A stretch of 64,000 nt of DNA from a virus. The notes beneath the pieces were generated by a model that searched no databases, was not told where the DNA came from, and saw nothing but the letters and a program-made list of their open reading frames with translations. Both the position numbers and the translations under genes were made by a program. Shown in pieces: positions 8,688 to 19,100 of the stretch (the stretch's first letter is position 1; each line of letters starts with the position of its first letter). The stretch is taken from IMG/VR virus record IMGVR_UViG_3300045391_004297, positions 13,037-77,036 of that record; one strand, 5' to 3'.

Positions 8688-8860
8688 CGTGGCTACCCGC
8701 CCAATGGCACATCCCGAGCTGACTACCCGCCGTACGCCATCCCCAGCGAGCTGACATGCCCCGGCCAAACACGAGCATCCCAAGGCACGCTTACTGACTT
8801 AACACGGCACCACTACCCACCTCTTGTCCACAGACCCCCGCATAAAGCCCAACGCTAGAC
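8686..8860 (+). repeat. periodic non-coding array 4
   Basis: TGAC-anchored units with GAC at 8686,8721,8753,8796; C every 5th base 8798-8828 (7); internal repeats CTACCCGCC and CGAGCTGAC. Confidence 0.7.
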
Positions 8861-8973
8861 CCCAAAAAATTTTTGCCTAAATCCGGAAACGTGTCCTTTT
8901 GGCACTTTCCGGATTTTGCATAGCAAGATCATCGATGTCATACATGACGCCCGCCCGACTGGAGGTTTTGTCG

Positions 8974-9318
8974 ATGTCCGACAGAACTCGCAGCATCGTC
9001 TCTGTTCGCCAACGCCGTGACGAAGCAAATCGCCAGGCGAGGATTGACAACGGCCATGATGTTGCTACCCTGCGCTCTATCGCATATTATGGCTCTCGTC
9101 AAGACCCTGTTTCTTTGGCTGAACTGACCACGAGGGCCAGGAAGGCACTGCCGAAGGGGACGTTCGCAATTCCGGAAACGCGCAGCTACCCGATTCCGGA
9201 TGAAGCCCATGCCCGCAATGCCTTGGCCCGTGTGGCCCAGCACGGCACGCCCGAGGAAAAGGCCCGAGTCCGGGCCGCAGTGAAGCGCAAGTTCCCGAAC
9301 ATCAAGACCACTGAGTAG
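8974..9318 (+). CDS. head-associated hypothetical protein (DUF6582-like)
   Basis: GGAGG RBS; LP...FA.P..R.YPI.D.AHARNAL.R motif. Confidence 0.6.
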   Translation: MSDRTRSIVSVRQRRDEANRQARIDNGHDVATLRSIAYYGSRQDPVSLAELTTRARKALPKGTFAIPETRSYPIPDEAHARNALARVAQHGTPEEKARVRAAVKRKFPNIKTTE

Positions 9319-9334
9319 TCCGGAGGGAGGAAGC

Positions 9335-10543
9335 ATGGACAAAGGCGTTCTGTACGTTGTCGACCTGAACACCGTCACGCTGGATGAAAGTACCGATCAG
9401 ACAGCATCGTGGGTACACGCTTTGCCGCTTGGCGAGTACACCCACCCGGTGTTTGGCAAGATGAAGTACACCGCAGACAAGATCCGCGCATTTGCCGACA
9501 GCGTGAACGCTCGGATTCGCGGGATTGACCCCAGCATTAACATCATGCACGGCGCAAACGGCGGTGATGGTGAGGCTGCTGGTTGGGTCAAGAAAGCTGA
9601 CGCCCGCCCGGACGGCCTGTGGGTCTTTGTGGAGTGGACGAAGGCTGCGGCTGAGAAGATCAAGGAAAAGGCTTGGCGGTATTTCTCGGCCGAGTATCAG
9701 GACTCTTGGACAGATGCTACTGGCAAGAAGCACGACAACGTGTTTTTTGGTGGCGCGCTGACCAACCGTCCATACATGAAGAATTTGCTGCCGATCAACC
9801 TTTCCGAGGGTTCCATCGATGCGATGGTGGGAATGGCCGAACTGGTCGTTTCCCAGCGCCAGTTGTTCACCGAAGGTTCTGGCGGCAATCAGCACAACGA
9901 CAATACCTCGGAGGAGGTTGATGTGGATCTGAAGAAGTTGGTCGAGGCTCTTGGCCTCCCGGCGGAAACAACCGAGACCGAGCTTATTGCCAAGCTGTCT
10001 GAGTTGAAGCCGCCGACGACTACCCCTGTGGACAAGCCGAAGCCGCAAGTGCCTACGGTTCAGCTTTCGGAAGAGCTCAAGCAGCTCGCCGACAGCAACC
10101 CGATGGTCAAGGCCCTGCTTGACACGGTGGAAGCCCAGCACAAGTCCATTGCCGAGCACAACTTCGCCCTTCGCGAGGCAGACGTTGAGCGGCGCCTTTC
10201 GGAGTTTGACCGCTCCAAGATTGTGCTGACTCCGGTTGCCAAGGATCTGGTCCACGACTTTGCCATGGACCTGCCGATCGGGCTGACTGAGCGGTTCTGG
10301 CAGATTTTGGAAAACATGCGCTCTTCGACCGCCATGATGGTGGAGTTGGGTGAGCGGGCCGGTACCTCGGTTCGTTACGGTCGGGCCAAAGACCCGGTGA
10401 GCATGTTCATGGACGAGGCCAACAAGGTTGCTGCCGAGTCGGGTGGCAAGGTTTCGCTGGCCGAGGCGATGGAGCAGGTCGCGGCAAACGACCCGAAGCT
10501 CTACGAGCAGTACCGTGTGGCTAACTACTCGTTCCGCGACTAA
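9335..10543 (+). CDS. capsid maturation protease/scaffold (Mu gpI-like)
   Basis: AAGWV...DGLWVFVEWT, YFSAEY, GGALTNRPY; coiled-coil C-terminal scaffold. Confidence 0.85.
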   Translation: MDKGVLYVVDLNTVTLDESTDQTASWVHALPLGEYTHPVFGKMKYTADKIRAFADSVNARIRGIDPSINIMHGANGGDGEAAGWVKKADARPDGLWVFVEWTKAAAEKIKEKAWRYFSAEYQDSWTDATGKKHDNVFFGGALTNRPYMKNLLPINLSEGSIDAMVGMAELVVSQRQLFTEGSGGNQHNDNTSEEVDVDLKKLVEALGLPAETTETELIAKLSELKPPTTTPVDKPKPQVPTVQLSEELKQLADSNPMVKALLDTVEAQHKSIAEHNFALREADVERRLSEFDRSKIVLTPVAKDLVHDFAMDLPIGLTERFWQILENMRSSTAMMVELGERAGTSVRYGRAKDPVSMFMDEANKVAAESGGKVSLAEAMEQVAANDPKLYEQYRVANYSFRD

Positions 10544-10560
10544 TTTGCAGGAGGTGAATT

Positions 10561-11001
10561 ATGGCTGGTTCTAACTACGTCCTCGATAAGGGCGTTCCGG
10601 TTCTTTCCACGTACAACAGCTCTGCCACCACTGGTGTGCAGGCGTTCCGGTGCGTGAAGATTACCACTGCTGGATTGATGGACATTCAGCTTGCGTCGAC
10701 CGCCGGTAACATTGCCTTTGTCGTACAGGAAAACATCGACGCCGCCAAGGTTGCCACCGGCAAAGCCATCGCGGATGTTCGTTTCATGGGCATCACCAAG
10801 GTCCGTGTGGGTGTCGCCACTGGTGTGACGATCGGCTCGCGGGTCATGCCCAACGGCACCGATGGTTCGGTTATCACTGCTACTGGTGCGACTGCCCAAG
10901 TTCTGGGCATTGTGGTGGGTACTGACCCATCGGCTGGTACGGTCGCCACCGGCGATCTTATCGACGTTCTCCTTACTCCCGGCACTCAGTTCGGCGCGTA
11001 A
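10561..11001 (+). CDS. capsid decoration/cement protein (DUF2190-like)
   Basis: between protease and MCP; small beta-rich, DLIDVLL C-terminus. Confidence 0.75.
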   Translation: MAGSNYVLDKGVPVLSTYNSSATTGVQAFRCVKITTAGLMDIQLASTAGNIAFVVQENIDAAKVATGKAIADVRFMGITKVRVGVATGVTIGSRVMPNGTDGSVITATGATAQVLGIVVGTDPSAGTVATGDLIDVLLTPGTQFGA

Positions 11002-11022
11002 GCGAAGGGAGGGAAACCTTAA

Positions 11023-11997
11023 ATGGCAGTTTACAATGTGACTGGTTCCGGTAACGTCCACATTGACCAGGTTCTGACCAACATTTCGGTTGGTTGGCCG
11101 ACCCAGGGTCTTGCTGGCGCGGCGCTGTTCCCGGCCGTGAGCGTGCGGAAGCAGTCTGACAAGTACTACATCTTCGGCCGTGAAGGTTGGCTCCCTGAGC
11201 ACGACCTTCGGGCTCCGGGTACTGAGGCCAACGAAATCAGCGGTGCCGCTGTTTCGCTGGACACGTACTACGCCCAGGAGCACGCGCTCCAGATTGCGGT
11301 TACTGACGAGGAGCGGGAAAACGCGGATTCTCCGCTTTCTCCGGACCGCGACGGTACGCTGCTGGTGACCTCGAAGATCCTGCTCGGTCGGGAACGTGCG
11401 TTCCAGACCATTTCCACCACAGCGGCCAACTACGCCTCCGGTAACACGGTGACGCTTTCTGGTACTTCGCAGTGGAATGACTACGCCAACTCCGACCCGA
11501 TCTCGGATCTGCGTTCGGCGAAGATCGCGATTAACGGCCGTATCTTCCAGGACCCGAACGTTGCGGTCATTCCTTACCAGGTCATGGTGAAGCTGGAAGA
11601 CCACCCGGACTTCCTGGAGCGGATCAAGTACTCCGAGCGGGCGATTTTCTCGCCTGAGTTGCTTGCTTCGGTTCTCGGGTTCGAGCGGGTTATCGTGCCC
11701 GGTGTGGGGATCAACAGCGCCCACCTTGGCGCGACTGCTTCGCTTGGTTACCTGTGGGGCAAGGATGTCGTGGTTGCCTACGTGCCGGGTGGTCCCGGTT
11801 TGAAGGTTCCGGCCTACGGGTACGAGTTCGTCTGGAACAACCAGACTGTCGACCGCTGGCGCGAGGACAAGCGGAAGTCGGACGTTATCCGGGTTTCGCG
11901 GTACTACGACGTGAAGCTTGTTGCTCAGGGTGATGCGGGTACATCCGACGCCGGTAAGTCGATCGCTGGTTACCTCATCAAGTCGGCGGTTGCGTAA
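11023..11997 (+). CDS. major capsid protein
   Basis: position, 324 aa, ID.VLTNISVG, FP.V.V.KQS, SDPI.DL motifs. Confidence 0.9.
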   Translation: MAVYNVTGSGNVHIDQVLTNISVGWPTQGLAGAALFPAVSVRKQSDKYYIFGREGWLPEHDLRAPGTEANEISGAAVSLDTYYAQEHALQIAVTDEERENADSPLSPDRDGTLLVTSKILLGRERAFQTISTTAANYASGNTVTLSGTSQWNDYANSDPISDLRSAKIAINGRIFQDPNVAVIPYQVMVKLEDHPDFLERIKYSERAIFSPELLASVLGFERVIVPGVGINSAHLGATASLGYLWGKDVVVAYVPGGPGLKVPAYGYEFVWNNQTVDRWREDKRKSDVIRVSRYYDVKLVAQGDAGTSDAGKSIAGYLIKSAVA

Positions 11998-12027
11998 CAA
12001 CTCAACTGCTCAACCAAAGGAGGAAAC

Positions 12028-12372
12028 ATGGCGAAGAAGCTTATCGCAGTGACCGCAATCCGGCACAACGGCGAAGACATGCCTGCCAACGAGCCGGTGG
12101 ACACGTCCAAGTTCACCAAGGAAGAGCTCAAGGCGCTCTACGACGCTGGTTCTGTGCGTGTTGAGGATGACGGCAACAATGGCCCGGACACTTCGGTCAA
12201 CGCAGAAGCTGCGTCTCCGGAGAACCCGACCGGTCAAGACGCGCAGCAGGTTGGCGATGTCTCGGCGGCGGCAAAGGGTGAGACCACGCCCCAGGCAATG
12301 GCGGCCACTCCGCAGGGCACTGCGGCACAGGCCACCGACACGTCGAGCAAGACGACAAACACCAAGAAGTAA
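12028..12372 (+). CDS. hypothetical virion protein
   Basis: AGGAGG RBS; follows MCP; low-complexity tail. Confidence 0.65.
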   Translation: MAKKLIAVTAIRHNGEDMPANEPVDTSKFTKEELKALYDAGSVRVEDDGNNGPDTSVNAEAASPENPTGQDAQQVGDVSAAAKGETTPQAMAATPQGTAAQATDTSSKTTNTKK

Positions 12373-12375
12373 TTC

Positions 12376-12825
12376 ATGACGGTCATCACGGTCCAGGAAG
12401 TCAAGGGATGGGTAGAAACCACCAAACTGCCCATCACTGCCCTTGACTTGAACTTTCTGCCCCAACTTGAGGCAGAAGTGTTCGCCCGCCTTGGCACCGT
12501 GTATGACACCACCGTCTGGCTCGACCCGGATACGACACCCGCCATTGTGCGGGTGTGCATTACCAAACTTTATGCAGCCTGGATTTACGATCGTGCCTAC
12601 AGCGAAAACCAGGGAGTAACAAACGACTACGCCGCGATGCTGCGCGGTAACGCGGAAATGTTAATCACTGGTCTTATTGATGGAACCATCGAAATTCCAG
12701 GAGTCATCCCGATCTCAAGCCCTAATCCGGCGTTCTATCCAAATGACGCATCGAGTGCGCTGGACCCAACGGTGGATGATTCCTCGTTGGGTCCGGCCAG
12801 GTTCAGCATGGGCAAGGTCTTCTAA
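12376..12825 (+). CDS. head-tail adaptor (Mu gp36/DUF1320-like)
   Basis: position; helical, ends RFSMGKVF. Confidence 0.65.
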   Translation: MTVITVQEVKGWVETTKLPITALDLNFLPQLEAEVFARLGTVYDTTVWLDPDTTPAIVRVCITKLYAAWIYDRAYSENQGVTNDYAAMLRGNAEMLITGLIDGTIEIPGVIPISSPNPAFYPNDASSALDPTVDDSSLGPARFSMGKVF

Positions 12826-12850
12826 TTCGATTCCTTAGGAAAAGAACGTT

Positions 12851-13366
12851 ATGACCATGCCTGTTCGGTTACCGAAGATTGAATTGAGTGATTCATTCTT
12901 CCGGCAACTCACGGTGTTGGAAACCAAGATCGATCTGTTGGAATTCAAACTGTCCGATTTCAAGGAACCGCTGGAAGTAGCGCTGCACGATGTGGTGATC
13001 CCTTCGGTAGCGGCGAACTTCGAACATGGTGGCCGACCGAAATGGGCACCGCTAGCCCCCGGAACCGTCAGAAACCGGAATAACCACACCGGACCGATTC
13101 TTTACCGGTCCGGTAAACTCTATGATGCCGCGACAGATCCGAGTAGCTGGACTGTCACCAAGGACATGTTGGCGCTTACCAGCATTTCCGGCCGAGTAAA
13201 GTACGCAGGATTCCACCAGATGGGGGCTCCTCGGGCAAACATTCCAGCTCGCCCTTACGTGGAGTATCAGCCGCAAGACATCGACGCCATCATGGAGTTG
13301 TTTGGGCTGTGGGTTGACGATATCATCGACACGGTGTGGGGCACTGGTGAGGAGGGTCCGTCATGA
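12851..13366 (+). CDS. virion morphogenesis/tail completion protein (Mu gpG-like)
   Basis: KWAPLAP, ILYRSGKL, KYAGFHQMG, IPARPY motifs. Confidence 0.8.
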   Translation: MTMPVRLPKIELSDSFFRQLTVLETKIDLLEFKLSDFKEPLEVALHDVVIPSVAANFEHGGRPKWAPLAPGTVRNRNNHTGPILYRSGKLYDAATDPSSWTVTKDMLALTSISGRVKYAGFHQMGAPRANIPARPYVEYQPQDIDAIMELFGLWVDDIIDTVWGTGEEGPS

Positions 13367-13827
13367 CCAGCCCTATCTCGCCGCATACTGACCTCACCTC
13401 AGTCGTTGGTCAATATTTGTATAACAAACTTCTAAACAATAAATATGATCTCGGCCTAAATGATGTTTTCTACGGGAACCACAACAACGTACCGCAGGAC
13501 GCCATTGCAGTGGTGATTCCCGGACCAAAAATTCGGACCTTGGCCGGAGTGAGCGCGCCGGGGGGTCGTGTTCAAAACGAGCTCAATGTCTACATCGACA
13601 TCATGACCCAGAAAGTGCTGATCGGGGAAAGTGCTGGCCGACTAGCGACCGATCAACTGGCCGAAACCGTCGAACATTACATCCATCAGGACACAACCCT
13701 GGGTGGCAATATCATCCACGGATTCGTAAACCGGTGGGATCCGGGCCAGGATTTCATCCTACAATCAGAATTTCGGGTTGTCCGGATGACCTTTACCGGA
13801 ATCTCGAAGACATACCTCTCGGTCTAG
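13363..13827 (+). CDS. tail terminator
   Basis: position before tail tube; size and beta pattern. Confidence 0.6.
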   Translation: MTSPISPHTDLTSVVGQYLYNKLLNNKYDLGLNDVFYGNHNNVPQDAIAVVIPGPKIRTLAGVSAPGGRVQNELNVYIDIMTQKVLIGESAGRLATDQLAETVEHYIHQDTTLGGNIIHGFVNRWDPGQDFILQSEFRVVRMTFTGISKTYLSV

Positions 13828-13839
13828 TTAAGGAGAGCT

Positions 13840-14118
13840 ATGAAGGTTTATTTGAAATCCGAGGTCGAATGCACTGTTGACGGGGTTGGCCTCCTTGAGC
13901 CGGGTAAAGAGGTAGCGGTTGATGTCCCTACCTTTGAGCTGTTTCACAAGGTAACACCGGCCCAGGCGAATTTCCCGAAGTCCGTCACAGTCATCTACGA
14001 CACGGCCGACGACGAACCCGCTGTGGAGCCTGTGGATAACCAGGAACCGCCAGCGACAAATATTGGTTCGGGTAACGATGAGGAAACTCATCAAGAGACT
14101 CAGGAGGTGACTGAATAA
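13840..14118 (+). CDS. hypothetical protein
   Basis: AGGAG RBS, coupled to tail tube. Confidence 0.6.
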   Translation: MKVYLKSEVECTVDGVGLLEPGKEVAVDVPTFELFHKVTPAQANFPKSVTVIYDTADDEPAVEPVDNQEPPATNIGSGNDEETHQETQEVTE

Positions 14119-15383
14119 TGGCTCCTCCTGGCATTGGTGCAGCCGGTATTCTGGGCATTGCGCGCGAAGTGTTGCTTCCGCCTGTTCAGTCCGCATTGGC
14201 GACTGCGACAACTGGTGGCACGATCACCGCTGGTACCTACCGGTATGTGGTCACCGCGATTAACGCCAGTGGGGAAACCACAGCGTCCAACGAGCAGACC
14301 ATTACCACCACGGGTGCCACCTCCACCGTGACGGTGACCTGGGTTGCGGTCACTGGTGCCACTGGCTACAAGCTGTACAAGACTGCTGCTGGTGGTGGTA
14401 CTGGTACGGAGCTTTTGTACAAGACCGTTGGTTTGGTCACTACCGACGTTGACACCACACCAGGTACCCCAACTGGTGCGTTTCCGAGTACCAACACAGC
14501 GTCGAACTCCGGGGTCTACGTGGCCCCGACCAAGTTCATCCCGTTTATGTCCGAGTCGTTGACTTCGACGCAGGCTACCATTTGGCGTCGTCCGATTCGT
14601 CAAAGCGCGGACATTATTGGTGCGGTGCCCGGTAACTTCAACGTCGCCGGGGACATCTCGATTGAGGGCATGGAAGACTGCGTCGTCTACTTCCTGTTCG
14701 GTTCGCGGATGTCCATTGCCAAGACCGGCACTACCAACTACACCTACACCTGCACACCAACGGCCAACGCGATTCCGAACAACACACTGTCGATCACGGT
14801 AGTGCGTAACGGTACGGTCTTTGGCTTTACCGGCTGTGTGGTGACCAGCCAGACGTTTACCCAAAACGATGGCATCTTCATGTACAACTTGTCGATCATT
14901 GGCCGTGATGAAGCGGCGCAGACGCTGCCGACACCGACCTGGCCGACAACAGTGCCGTTTGGTGCTGGCCAGTGGAGCATTGAAATTCCCACTGGTACGC
15001 CGGTTTTTGACACGGACACCTTTGAGTTCACCATTGACGACGGTGCCGACCCGCAGTTCCGGCTGAAGAGCACCACCCGTGGCGCGGACTTCATCAAGTA
15101 TGGTGAGCGTGCGCTGACCATGACGATGGAACGCGACTTCTTGGACCGCACCGACTTCGATGCGTTCAAGGCATTGACCTCGCAGACCATTACCATCACT
15201 GCGTCCAAGGGTGCGAACAACTCCATCTCGCTCAACGCCCCGGCGGCAATCAAGGATACCTATGAGGTGACCAACTCTGGGCAGGGTGACCTGGTTCGGG
15301 CTTCGTTGGCCTACAATGGCGTGATCGATGGTACCGGTAAGTCTTACCAGATTACCCTGAAGACGCAAGAGAACGTGCTGTAG
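14118..15383 (+). CDS. major tail tube protein with N-terminal FN3/Ig-like insertion
   Basis: FIPFMSESL...R.IRQSADI.G.VPG.....GDI tube motifs; precedes chaperone and TMP. Confidence 0.85.
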   Translation: MAPPGIGAAGILGIAREVLLPPVQSALATATTGGTITAGTYRYVVTAINASGETTASNEQTITTTGATSTVTVTWVAVTGATGYKLYKTAAGGGTGTELLYKTVGLVTTDVDTTPGTPTGAFPSTNTASNSGVYVAPTKFIPFMSESLTSTQATIWRRPIRQSADIIGAVPGNFNVAGDISIEGMEDCVVYFLFGSRMSIAKTGTTNYTYTCTPTANAIPNNTLSITVVRNGTVFGFTGCVVTSQTFTQNDGIFMYNLSIIGRDEAAQTLPTPTWPTTVPFGAGQWSIEIPTGTPVFDTDTFEFTIDDGADPQFRLKSTTRGADFIKYGERALTMTMERDFLDRTDFDAFKALTSQTITITASKGANNSISLNAPAAIKDTYEVTNSGQGDLVRASLAYNGVIDGTGKSYQITLKTQENVL

Positions 15384-15482
15384 TATCGGAGCCGCCATGT
15401 GCAAACCTTTATCCTGCACACAATTTTCTGGATAGTTCTCATTATCCTGATCGATCTAGCCATTCAAAGTGGAAGGAACCCA

Positions 15483-15848
15483 ATGCCTCGTGCAACCGTG
15501 GCCGTAGACAGTCAGACCTTTAAGCTGGAAACCTGCCCCGATGGTTGGGTCAAGATCCGCCGGATGACATACGGCGAGAAGCTGTCTCGGCAAGACGACA
15601 TGATGAACATGCAGACCTCGACCAAAGACGACATGATGAACATCCGGATTCAGGCCAAGAAGATGGCGTTGGTGGATTTTGCCAACCTCATCATTGAGCA
15701 CAACCTGACCGATGAGAATGATCTGCCGTTGAACTTCAAGAATGCTGCGGATGTGGCCAAGCTTGACCCACGGATTGGCGATGAGATTGGCAAGTACATC
15801 GATAGCATTAACAGCTTTGAAGACGAGGCCAGCACAAAAAACTTCTAA
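15483..15848 (+). CDS. tail assembly chaperone (gpG-like)
   Basis: AAGGA RBS; position before TMP; slippery site at 3' end. Confidence 0.8.
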   Translation: MPRATVAVDSQTFKLETCPDGWVKIRRMTYGEKLSRQDDMMNMQTSTKDDMMNIRIQAKKMALVDFANLIIEHNLTDENDLPLNFKNAADVAKLDPRIGDEIGKYIDSINSFEDEASTKNF

Positions 15849-16081
15849 ACGAGATTCGCCTAGCGATTCTCGTACCCACTAGAACCTGTAAGGACATCCA
15901 GGCACAGATGTTCTTGGAAGTCTGGAATTTGAGCTTGCTCACGAAGACGCTGCCGAAGTCGGGAGGACTGCTCGATCAGGATAGTTTCTACGTGTATTTG
16001 GCCAAGTACGCATTTCAGTACAAACACGACCGTGAAGCTGCTGACATGCGCAAAGCACAGAGCCAACTGCCGAAACGCTAG
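15836..16081 (+). CDS. -1 frameshift extension of tail chaperone (gpGT-like)
   Basis: A AAA AAC heptamer 15836-15842; -1 frame open to TAG 16079-16081 and contains LPKSGGLLDQD. Confidence 0.8.
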   Translation, partial: KKLLNEIRLAILVPTRTCKDIQAQMFLEVWNLSLLTKTLPKSGGLLDQDSFYVYLAKYAFQYKHDREAADMRKAQSQLPKR

Positions 16082-16104
16082 CCGGATCTCTAGGGAGGGG
16101 CAAC

Positions 16105-19100
16105 ATGCCACTTAACTCTAGAGATCTTTGGCTAGTCCTGAAAGCGCAAGACCAGACCAACCGAGCACTTTCTTCGTTCGGTCGCAACGTGCGCAACGCT
16201 GGCGCGCAAGCTCGGCTTGCCCAACTTGAATTGCAACGGGCCCAGTCGCAGGCCACGATCACCACGGCCAAGCAGAATGCCGAGATTCTGAAGTCTGAGG
16301 CTGCCCAACTTGCTGCGCAGCGTGCCGCAATCAAGTACACCGCTTCGCAAATGGCCGCCAATGGGGCAACCCAACAGCAGCTCAAGCCATTGCACGATCA
16401 GGCCAATGCGATCGATGCCCAAATCATTGCCCGAAACAACCAGGCTGCCGCATTGCGCAACGTGGCCGCCAATGAGGCCGTACATCTGGAAACGGTCAAG
16501 GAGCAAATCTCCCAAACCAAAACCTACAACAGCGCAATTCAGGATAACGAAAAGAACCTGGCCCACCTTTCCGGGCGGTTCCAATCAGTGGCGCAGACTG
16601 CCACGGCTGCGGGTTTTGCTATTTCCGCTGCTGGCGTACTGACCCTGATTGGGATCAAAAAGGCGATCGACGTCTCGGTGGAGTACGAACGCCAAGTCCG
16701 AGCAACCGCAACACAGGTTGATGGGTTCTCCGGAAACCTGCAACAACTGGGTGACATTGGTCGGCGTGTTGCCAAAGACATCGCCGTACCATTTGAGCAG
16801 ATCCAACCGGCGCTGTTCGACGTGTTCTCGTCGATGGATGTCACCGTTGGTGAAGCTGAGAAACTGCTACGCTCATTCTCCAAGGCCGCAGTTGCCGGTC
16901 AAACCGACATTCAATCGGTGTCCCGGGCCACCATTGGTATCCTCAACGCCTTCCACTTGCCAGCCTCTGATGTCAATAAGATCTTGGACATCCAGTTCAA
17001 GCTGGTGCAAAAGGGTATTGGTACCTATGAAGAGTGGAACCAGCGCATTGGTCTGGTGACGCCGTCGGCTGTGCGTGCTGGGCAGTCTATTGAACAAATG
17101 ACCGCTGCCTTGGCGGCCTCTACTCGTATGGGTATTTCAGCGGCCCGATCCTCGGCTGCGGTATCGCGGGCATTTGACGCGTTGTCCAACCCGGCTGCGG
17201 TCAAAGCGCTCAAGGCGTTGGGTGTTTCGGCCCAAGATGCGCAAGGGCACTTCCGGCCATTCAACGAAGTGCTGCGCGATTTTCGCACTGTGCTGCTGAA
17301 GATGCCGGAGAAGGATCGACTCAAGACGATCTTGGACGTGTTCAAGGGTGCCGGTGGCACCATCGAAGCTCGGCGATTCTTGCAGAACATCCTGCTTGGC
17401 GCCGGAAACCTGGAGATGTTCGACAGTATCCTCAAGGATACCCAAAACAGTGCCGGGGCGATGGAAAACGCCTACGGCATCATGTCCGATTCAGTGGCCG
17501 CCAAAACCCAGTTGCTCAAAAACCAGTGGAAGCTGCTCGAAGAAACCGTCGGCCGGGCACTCATTCCAGCGTTCACCACCCTGGTCGGTTGGTTTGTCAA
17601 GCTGGCCCAGTGGTTTAACAACCTGCCGGAATCGACCAAAAAGACCGTTGCCATGGCAGTCTTGCTGGCCGGTGTTTTCGGGGCTATAGCTGGACCGATC
17701 CTGCTCATTGTGGGCGCACTCGGGTCGTTTATCGCCGCTATCACTGTGGCTGGTACTGCCATGTTGGTGACGGTTGCTGCCCTGGCCTCGTTTGTGACCA
17801 TCAGCGCAGCCTTCGTCGCGGGCATTGTGCTGATGTACAAGCACAGTGAGAACTTCCGCAACGGGCTGAAGATGTTCGCTATTCAGTTCCAGCGGGTCAA
17901 GGAAGCAGCGATGGACTTCGCGGTTTCCGTGTCAAGTGCGTACAAAAACCACTTGCAGGTTCCGCTGCACAACTTGGCTAACGTCATTGAGTCGAAGCTC
18001 ATGCCCGCATTCTTGCAGTTCGAGCAGATGTTCTTTAACAAGATGCTGCCGAAGATGCGCGAAGCTGGGCGGATCATCGCTGACGTTCTCGGCCAGGCGT
18101 TCAAGTTCATCGGCTGGGTCATCGAAAACATCGTCATTCCGGCAATCAACAAAGCATCCGAGTGGTGGGAAAAGAACCACAAAACGCTGGAACCGTTCCT
18201 GGGTATCCTCGCTCAGGTGGCCAAGTGGCTAGCTATCGTCGCGGCCATCATCATTGGTGTGCTCGTCGTTGCGCTGGTCGGCCCGCTGATCGCAGCCATT
18301 CTGGCCGTGGTTGCAGTGGTCGCTGGCTTCATTGCCGCAATCACGTACATCACGAAGATTGTCGAAGCTGTTTGGGGCGGACTGAAGGCTTTCTGGGGTT
18401 GGCTGTCCTCGGCCTTTGTTACCGTCTGGAACGCAGTCAGCTCCGCTGTGGTGACCGCGTGGAACGCCATAGCCAGCTTCTTTGTCAGTATTTGGAACAG
18501 CATTGCTAGCTTCTTCGTAGGCATTTGGAATGCCATTACCGGGGCGCTGAGTTCCGCGCTGAACTTCATTGGCGGGTTGTGGACCAACTTCTGGAATGGT
18601 CCGATCAGTAAGGTCATGATCGCGGCTTGGGGTTTGATCGTCGATACCGTCAAGCTCGGCATTGCCGCCGTGCAATTCGTTTTGGAATGGGCACTGAAGG
18701 GCATCCAGGCATTCTGGAGCTGGGTGTGGGGTGGGCTTTCCAGCGAACTGTCGGCCATCTGGAGCGGCATCGCGTCGTTTGCAAGCTGGGTGTGGAACGG
18801 CATTCTTGGTGCGTTGAGCATGATCTGGAATGCTATTAAGAGCTTCGCCACCTGGGTGTTCAACGGAATTGCCGGAGCAATCTCTTCGGCCTGGAATGCC
18901 GTGTCCTCGTACGTGCGCTGGGTGTGGAATGGCATTACCGGCTTCTTGTCCAGCGCTTGGAACACCATTAAATCCATCGCCTCCGGCGTGTGGATGGCCG
19001 TGAAGAACGTCATCGGCGACCGGCTCAACGAAGCCTACAACACCGTCAAGGGCTGGGTCGGCCGAGTTCAGAGCTTCTTTTCCGGAGCCGCTGGCTGGCT

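Noticed and set aside
1693-8860. Canonical CRISPR array interpretation of the GACT-repeat blocks
   Set aside because: The constant part is only 4-8 nt, unit lengths vary, and there is no 25-40 nt palindromic repeat or cas1/cas2
10540-12000. 486-aa minus-strand ORF, and similar long antisense ORFs (7289-8404, 14100-15419, 40904-41839, 47080-48510, 48504-49580)
   Set aside because: Shadows of real genes caused by GC-rich codon bias; Arg/His-rich composition, no RBS
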